DNA of 64,000 nucleotides from the human T2T-CHM13v2.0 reference genome, Homo sapiens. The notes under the pieces are model-generated. The model was not told the DNA's origin, did not search any database, and saw only the letters and a program-made list of their open reading frames with translations. A program made the position numbers and the translations under genes. Positions 1 to 64,000 of this stretch are shown here, piece after piece. Each line of letters begins with the position of its first letter. Positions within the stretch are counted from its first letter, which is position 1. Location: the NCBI RefSeq assembly GCF_009914755.1, contig NC_060931.1. One strand, written 5' to 3'.

Positions 1-68
1 ATCGCGCCACTGCACTCCAGCCTGGGCTACAGGTTGAGAACCTGTCTAAAAAAAAAGAAAAAAGAAAA
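1..68 (+). mobile_element. Alu 3' end with A tail
   Basis: ATCGCGCCACTGCACTCCAGCCTGGG...poly(A). Confidence 0.85.
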
Positions 69-499
69 GCTCTCGATTAGCCCCATCTGTGGGGGCTGGG
101 GATGCTCCAGAATTTCTAGGGTTCAAGGGCAGCAGCCTGGTTGCAGGTGGGGATCAGGGCATTTCTTGGAGGCTGCATCTGCGGGGCAGGCTCTGTCCTC
201 TGTGAATTGGGGGCCTTGCCAAGTTCCCCCAACCCTTTTATCCCTGCTGCGCCATCTTGGGAGCAGGGAACTGCTTGGGAGCAGGGGATTCTGTCCCAGG
301 AAGGGTCGAGAAAGTTCCTGGGGGGCTTCAGGGGCTTTCCACAGAGGGAGCACGGCGGGGGCGGAGGCTCCCTGCAGGGAGCAGCGCTGAGGTAGACTGG
401 CTCTGACCTTGGCTCTCTGAAGGGAGAAAAACTTAATCGTTCTTCAGGTCCAAGAGCTCCAAAGACCCCCAATCCTCAGTAACTCATCTCCTGACAAAA

Positions 500-1250
500 G
501 ACCTTGCGAAACTGCCAAAGCGCCACACTTCGGCTCGCGATTGTGAGGAAATTGGTTGAGGAACGGAGTGGGACGCCCATGCCGCTTCGCCAGCACTTGC
601 CAGGCGTTCCGTGGGGCAGCATCTCCTCTGAAGGGCCGCCGACAGTACCACGCCAATGGAACGGCGTACCCTCCTCCACTGCAGCCTGCCTAACCCCGGA
701 CTGCGCGCCCGAGCTGTGCGCATGCGCGGACCGTCCGCGCGGTCGCAACGCGCAGGCGCCGTGTCCACTTCCGGGATCTGTCAGCCGCTCCCTCTGGGCT
801 TCCGTCCTCCGCCCGCGCCCGACGGAGCCTGTTCGCGTCGACTGCCCAGAGTCCGCGAATCCTCCGCTCCGAGCCCGTCCGGACTCCCCCGATCCCAGGT
901 AACGGCCAGCAGGGGCGAGCGTCTCACCCTGTCGGCCTCTCTTGTCCAGGCCTGGCGCCGGACTTGCCGCGGGGGCAGTGAGACGGGGGCTCAGGCCGCG
1001 GGGCCCCGAGGCTGAGGCGCGGCCGGGTCTCCCTGCCGGGGCCTCCTGAGGGGGCGGGGATCCCCTTTCTCCGTGGATCCCCTGCAGCTTTTCTCAGGAT
1101 GTTCGAGCTCCTAGCCGCCTCCGATGCCCGAATTAACGGCCCCTTCTGCGCCCCCAGGGTCCTACTTGCACCTCTGCTGGGGGCATTTGTCACCGTCTCT
1201 AAAATTGTGTCAAGTAGGAGGATCTCCCGTAATCGAGCGACCCGCGGGAC
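500..1250. promoter_or_regulatory. ARPC1A: CpG-island promoter of ARPC1A
   Basis: High GC/CpG density around exon 1. NRF1-type TGCGCATGCGCG 717-728 and CGCGCAGGCGCC 749-760; ETS/GABP-type ACTTCCGG 767-774; CCAAT boxes 551-555 (reverse) and 653-657; CTCGCGA 534-540. No TATA box. Confidence 0.85.
775..898 (+). other. ARPC1A: ARPC1A exon 1 (non-coding, 5'UTR); 5' end approximate
   Basis: Ends at donor CAG|GTAACG (898/899), directly downstream of the promoter motifs; no ATG. The TSS cannot be fixed from sequence. Confidence 0.8.
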
Positions 1251-1489
1251 TATTCATCTCTTTAGTGTCTAGAGTCGATCCCTGCATACAGTAGGCGCCC
1301 ATAGGATGTTTGCCTGCTCTCTAGGGCAGCCCTCAATCCTTCGGTTAATGGGGAACCTTCTCGATCTCGAGAAAAACCTTCTCCCGAGTTCTTTTAAGAT
1401 TTCCCTGCATGAGTACCGCCTTCCCCCAAGTCAAAATTGCACCCTTCTCGGCGCTCTTATTCATTTAGTGGAATCTTTTATGCCAGTCC

Positions 1490-1665
1490 TGGCACCACCA
1501 CTTTGTTGAGTGATCCTGGGAAGATGCTTCTCTGCGCCTGTTTCCTCATCTGCAATAAAAAGATTCTTACCGTTTTGCTAAGAATCAAGTGAGCTTATTT
1601 GCATAAATTGCTTAGAATAGTTCCTGGCCGAGAGTAGGTGATCAATAAATATTAGCTATTATTAC
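1490..1665 (+). mobile_element. MIR SINE remnant
   Basis: Core CTGTTTCCTCATCTGCAA and 3' end TCAATAAATATTAGCTATTATT. Confidence 0.6.
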
Positions 1666-2083
1666 TGCTTCTGGGCATTCTATGCATATCCGTCTTCCTT
1701 TCCTTTTCTATCTCCTCCACTCTCCCCAAACACCAACCCTCCAGACTTGAAGACCAGAATGGTGTCAGCCTTATTTATGTTTCTAGCCCCATCCCGGTAT
1801 TTACAACACTGCTGGGAACATGATAGGCACTTAATCAGTTATAGCTTAGAATCTTTGATTATAAAGCCATCTGTTCTCCTGCAGCTTTGGAACCTTCTGT
1901 CTATGTCAACTCGTAGCTTAAATTGCCGAGATTATCTTAGTTCTGCCCTCTCTCCTCAATTTTATCTAGTCTTGTGGTTTCACATAGGGCCTGGGTTTTC
2001 AGGTATCTAAAAACAGAGGAGGGGCATCAGTCAGGAAGGTGTTTTTGTCCTGTTAGGGAGTGGGTAACTGTGGTTGTTGTCTT

Positions 2084-8088
<6,005 letters not shown>

Positions 8089-8247
8089 AGATTATTTTTT
8101 AATGGGAGGACAATGTTTTATTTATTTCCGAACATCTTAAGATCCTCAGGCAACTTAAACATTGGTTACTTGCCTTTTCCCTATTGTATAAAATGCTTTT
8201 TGTTATTGTTCATTGCAGCTTTCTCTCCTTTGAAAACACTAAGAATA

Positions 8248-40827
<32,580 letters not shown>

Positions 40828-41136
40828 AGCTGAGTGAGCCTCCGCCATCCAGCATGACAAACTGTGGCCGACCGCAGCTGTGCCGTGGCACGATGGCGAG
40901 GAAGCCAGCCCCAAGGAAACACTGAAAACACATATCACGCCAATGCCGTGTGGTTTTGTTTGAATATAAAATTGGTGAAAGTGTTGGTTTTTTTAAGGCA
41001 GTAATTTTTTTGTTTGTTTTTTTGCGATTTCATTCCATTCTTGACCAAAGCTTCTCTTTAAGTAGTTTATTATGGAAAATTGTCACACTAACTTAAAAGA
41101 CAGGGTGAGGGAGATATGTAAATTGTCCACTAGAAA

Positions 41137-41180
41137 ATTAAATAAAAGAACTGAATGTGGTTTTGGTTTTGTTTCCTTGT
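41137..41180 (+). terminator. ARPC1A: ARPC1A polyadenylation signal
   Basis: Overlapping ATTAAA (41137-42) and AATAAA (41141-46), followed by a GU/U-rich downstream element TTTTGGTTTTGTTTCC. Confidence 0.85.
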
Positions 41181-41368
41181 AGTATTTCAATTTTTAGTAG
41201 AAAAATATGAGCGAATTCTTCATTCGATTCAGTTTTTTTTAGGCAAAATCTTAGATCCTTGGTTTCTTAAATTGTACCATTCTATACAACCTTGAACCAA
41301 AAAGCACCATTTAGTGAGGGGTGAGAGAGAACCGTTTCTGAACATTGCAATACTTCTGCAAAGTAGGT

Positions 41369-41771
41369 TGTGTCGGTCTGTTTTGTGTTGCAATAAAGGA
41401 ATACCTGAGGCTGGGTAATTTGTTTAAGAAAAAAGATTTATTTGGCACACGGTTCTGCCGGTTGGACAAGAAGCATGGTGCCTGCGTCTGCTTTTGGGGA
41501 AGCCTCAGGAAGGTTTTACTCATGGCAGAAGGCGAAGGGGAAGCAGGCGTGTCCCATGGCGGGAGAGGATGCAAGAGAGAGTGGGGAGGACCAGGCTCCT
41601 TGAAACAACCAGGTCATAGAGTGAGAACACACTCATTCCTGCCAGGGGGCACCAAGCCATTCATGAGGGATCCGCCCCATGACCCAAACACCGCCCACCA
41701 GGCCCCACCCCAACACTGAGGATCGCATTTCAGCGTGAGATTTGGAAGGGACACACAGCCAAGCCCTGTCA
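41369..41771 (-). mobile_element. ERVL-MaLR solo LTR (MST-like)
   Basis: TG...CA ends; MST-type internal text (GGAATACCTGAGGCTGGGTAATTT; CATGGCAGAAGGCGAAGGGGAAGCAGGC); 5-bp TSD TAGGT/GAGGT. Confidence 0.8.
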
Positions 41772-42426
41772 GAGGTACACCGTTCCCGTCTTGCATGTGA
41801 GCAACAGAGAAGCCCACCTCCACTGAGCAGCCAAGCCCGAATGGGAGCCTGCCCTGGGAGGCCCTGGGGCCCGGTGCCCACAGCATGGCAGCCCACTGTT
41901 AGCAGTGCACCTGCCAAGGGTACGCTGTGGGGGGTGTGCAAGGGGGCGGGAAAGGGGAAAGTCAGCATCTTGGCTTAGAGTTGATTGTGCCTACACTGAG
42001 CTACTTTCATCATGATGAGACGTAAAGTTTGACATTCCATGGCAGAGAATCTTAAGAGGTACAAGTATAAATGAAAAGCAAAATAAGTAAAGAGTAGCCG
42101 GAGCCTGGCCACATCCTTGATCTCACGGCTCCCTTCTAGAATGCTGGTAACAGTGCTTCCCAAGGCACATCATGATGTGCTCGAGAGAAGGTAATTTGGC
42201 CCTCTTGTGACTCATGGGAAGAGCCCTCACTCCAAGAGGGAATCCTACCTAGCACCAGGGGTGCTGGCCTCATGGCCCTGCCTGGTCCCTATAGTGTCGT
42301 CTCTGGGCCCCCAGTGGCAGGAGCTCCTTTGTGTACACGTTTGTATGCATAGTGCATTGGCAAGGCTCCGTGAGGGTAGACAAAAACTGGCCATAAAGCA
42401 GGAATTAGCTGAAGATTTCTCTTTTA

Positions 42427-48810
<6,384 letters not shown>

Positions 48811-48849
48811 GAGGTAAGGTTTTCACTGGGGTCTCTTCCATCTGCCTGG

Positions 48850-50538
48850 CCGCCAGGCCACGTATCCACTGAAGAGGCAGAGGGTCAGGATGGGAAGACT
48901 CCGGGGACCACCTAGCCCAAGACCCGCAATCAGGCGGCTCTGCAAGGCTAACCGGGTAACTTAAAGAAGTGAAGCCGATTGACGTAAAACAGAAAGGAAA
49001 GAAGTTAACTGGCCGGCCAGCGTCAGCAGGGGCGGCCAGTGTCACCCTGCCCGGGGACAGCACCCCTGTTTCGTGGCGAGGACACGGAGGGCCAAGGGGG
49101 CGGGGCCGGGCTGCCCTGGCCACGCCCGGACCGCCTGCTCCCCGCCCAGGGCCTGCACAGTTGGCGCCCACCGGCATCAGCGTGAAGGGAGCTCCTCGCT
49201 GGCTGCCGACGGGGCTGCAGGGCTCGCTAGCCGCTCACCTGCGTGTGAGCGCGGAGCCCGCAGTACCCGCCGTCCGGGCTCAGAGGACGTGACTCCCCGA
49301 CCCTGCGCCCGGCAGTCCCCGGGGGCCGTGCGCCCGGCCCAGGCTCGGAGGTCCAGCCCAGCGGCGGCTCAGGCTGCGCGCCTGGCTCCCAGCCTCAGTT
49401 TCCCCATTGGTAAAGCATTGACGGTGGTTGCGGACGGCTTCTGCGGACAGAGCCTTGGGCTCCGACGTCTGCGCGGGTACCGGCAGCACCCCCACCCCGA
49501 AGGGAGGGCGGGACCTGGATCTCGCGACCGCTGCCCCAGGTCCCCGCCCCCGGGCCCTACCGGGCTGAGGTCGGCAGGCCCCGCCCCCCGCCCACGAGGA
49601 AGTGGCTGCTGCTCCGGCGCGGAGCCCAGAGCCGGTTCGGCGCGTCGACTGCCCAGAGTCCGCGGCCGGGGCGCGGGAGGTGAGGGCCGTGGGGGCGCCC
49701 GGAGGTGGGGGTCAGGGGAGCCACCTGGAGGTGGGGGGGCGCGTAGATGTGGGGCGCCGCCTGGGAGTGAGCGGGACTGGAGGGATGAGAGGGGGTGCAA
49801 GGAGGGGACCGGGGGGCGCCTGGAAGTGAGGACGCATAGATGTGGGGCGCCGCCCAATAGGGGCACGGGGATGAGTGGGGGCACATGGAGAGGAGGGGGC
49901 GCGGGGACGAGGGGCTCACGGAAAGGAGAGGGAGCCCTGGGATTGGAGGGGGCGCGGGGGTGGCCGCAGGGCCAGACTGTGGAAACGCGGGCTCCCAGCG
50001 CACCGGGCGCCCTCGGGGCGTCCCCAGCCCCCGGCCCCAAGCTTCCGCCTCGTGCCTTCCGCCCCTGCTCCCCGGCCCCCATCCCCAGCCTTGCCCCGCG
50101 GTCGGTCGGTGTAGCCCCGTTACTTCGGGCCGGCGGGGCCCCACACCCAGTCACTTCCCCTCCATCCCCGGAGCCTTCCGGGTTGCAGCCGCCGGGAAAT
50201 GAGCTGGCGTCTCCTGCCGCCCCGCCCCTGCCCTCCTGGCCGCTCCCGCTGCTCCCACCCGCCTCCCCCGGGCCAGGTCCGAGGGGTCCCGTACGGGGCG
50301 GGCCTGGCTGGCGGGGTCCCGGAACGCACCCCCTCAGCTGCAGGGCTCCGCGGCCAGGGCAGATCCGAGCAGCCCCTCCCTTTCCGGAGGCGCTGGGAGA
50401 GCAGCCAGGCCGCCTAGGGCGGGGCGGGGCCGGGCTGCACCCGCGGGCAGTGAAGGGATCAGGAGTGCAAGCCTGGGGAGTCAGACCTCCCCCTGCCTCC
50501 TCTGCCAATGCAGCCCGGAGGCTACCACCACCCATCCC

Positions 50539-50550
<12 letters not shown>
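48850..50550. promoter_or_regulatory. ARPC1B: CpG-island promoter of ARPC1B
   Basis: Very GC/CpG rich. GC boxes (e.g. 49097-49106, 49542-49550); TCTCGCGA 49520-49527; ETS GAGGAAGT 49596-49603; CRE-like TTGACGTAA 48979-48987. Confidence 0.85.
49605..49679 (+). other. ARPC1B: ARPC1B exon 1 (non-coding); 5' end approximate
   Basis: Donor GAG|GTGAGG at 49679/49680; shares a 24-nt element with ARPC1A exon 1. Confidence 0.8.
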
Positions 50551-60159
<9,609 letters not shown>

Positions 60160-60387
60160 TGACTTCATCTTCATCCCATCCTTAATGGGGCAGGGGAAGT
60201 TGGGTGGGGGGGGGGGGGGTCGTCCATCCTATGAGGAAACCGAGGCACAGATGACAAGTGAGGGGCCTGTCCAGCTTGGAGTCCTAGCACCCCACCCCGC
60301 CCCAGGGAGCATCTCCCCTGTAGTACCGTCTCCTCCACCCTGTCCCTGGAGCCTCAGAGACATCCTGTGAAAGCTGCCCTTTTATAA

Positions 60388-63472
<3,085 letters not shown>

Positions 63473-63771
63473 TAGCAAAGGCCCTGTAGCAGTCACTTTC
63501 TCAAGGCACCACTCACGAGCTCGCAGCCACATCTTGTTCCTTTTTTTTTTTTCAGATGGAGTCTCACTCTGTCACCCAGGCTGGAGTGCAGTGGCACGAT
63601 CTTGGCTCACGGCAGCCTCTGCCTGCCGGGTTCGAGCAGTTCTCTGCCTCAGCCTCCCAAGTAGCTGGGATTACAGGCACCTGCTACCATGCCCGGATAA
63701 TTTTTATATTTTTAGTAGAGATGGGGTTTCACCATCTTGGCCAGGTTGGTCTAGAACTTCTGACCTCATGA

Positions 63772-63999
<228 letters not shown>

Positions 64000-64000
64000 G

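Noticed and set aside
834-857. Iron-responsive element reading of the 5'UTR hairpin
   Set aside because: Loop is GCCCAG with a 4-bp upper stem and UC bulge, not CAGUGN with a 5-bp stem and single C bulge

Overview
Human (primate) genomic DNA, extremely Alu-dense, + strand. It contains the complete ARPC1A gene (10 exons, non-coding exon 1, CDS 8248..40827 spliced to 1113 nt = 370 aa, WD40 p41 subunit of Arp2/3) and, in tandem, the 5' part of its paralog ARPC1B (non-coding exon 1 plus coding exons 2-4 of identical sizes 64/105/223 nt). Each gene has its own CpG-island promoter. Nearly all other ORFs in the track are Alu or CpG-island artefacts. The best signal not explained by standard annotation is an identical 24-nt element (CGCGTCGACTGCCCAGAGTCCGCG) in the non-coding first exon of both paralogs. 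It folds into a bulged stem-loop whose paralog-specific flanks still pair, although the coding exons are highly diverged at synonymous sites. This is a candidate shared 5'UTR RNA control element for the p41 subunits. Other leads: a ~125-bp unique-sequence inverted repeat in ARPC1A intron 4 hidden by four Alu insertions, an in-frame ARPC1A-ARPC1B read-through fusion route, and an Alu-bracketed ARPC1B exon 2-3 circle carrying a more-than-one-turn ORF. Repeat coordinates were read by eye and are approximate.
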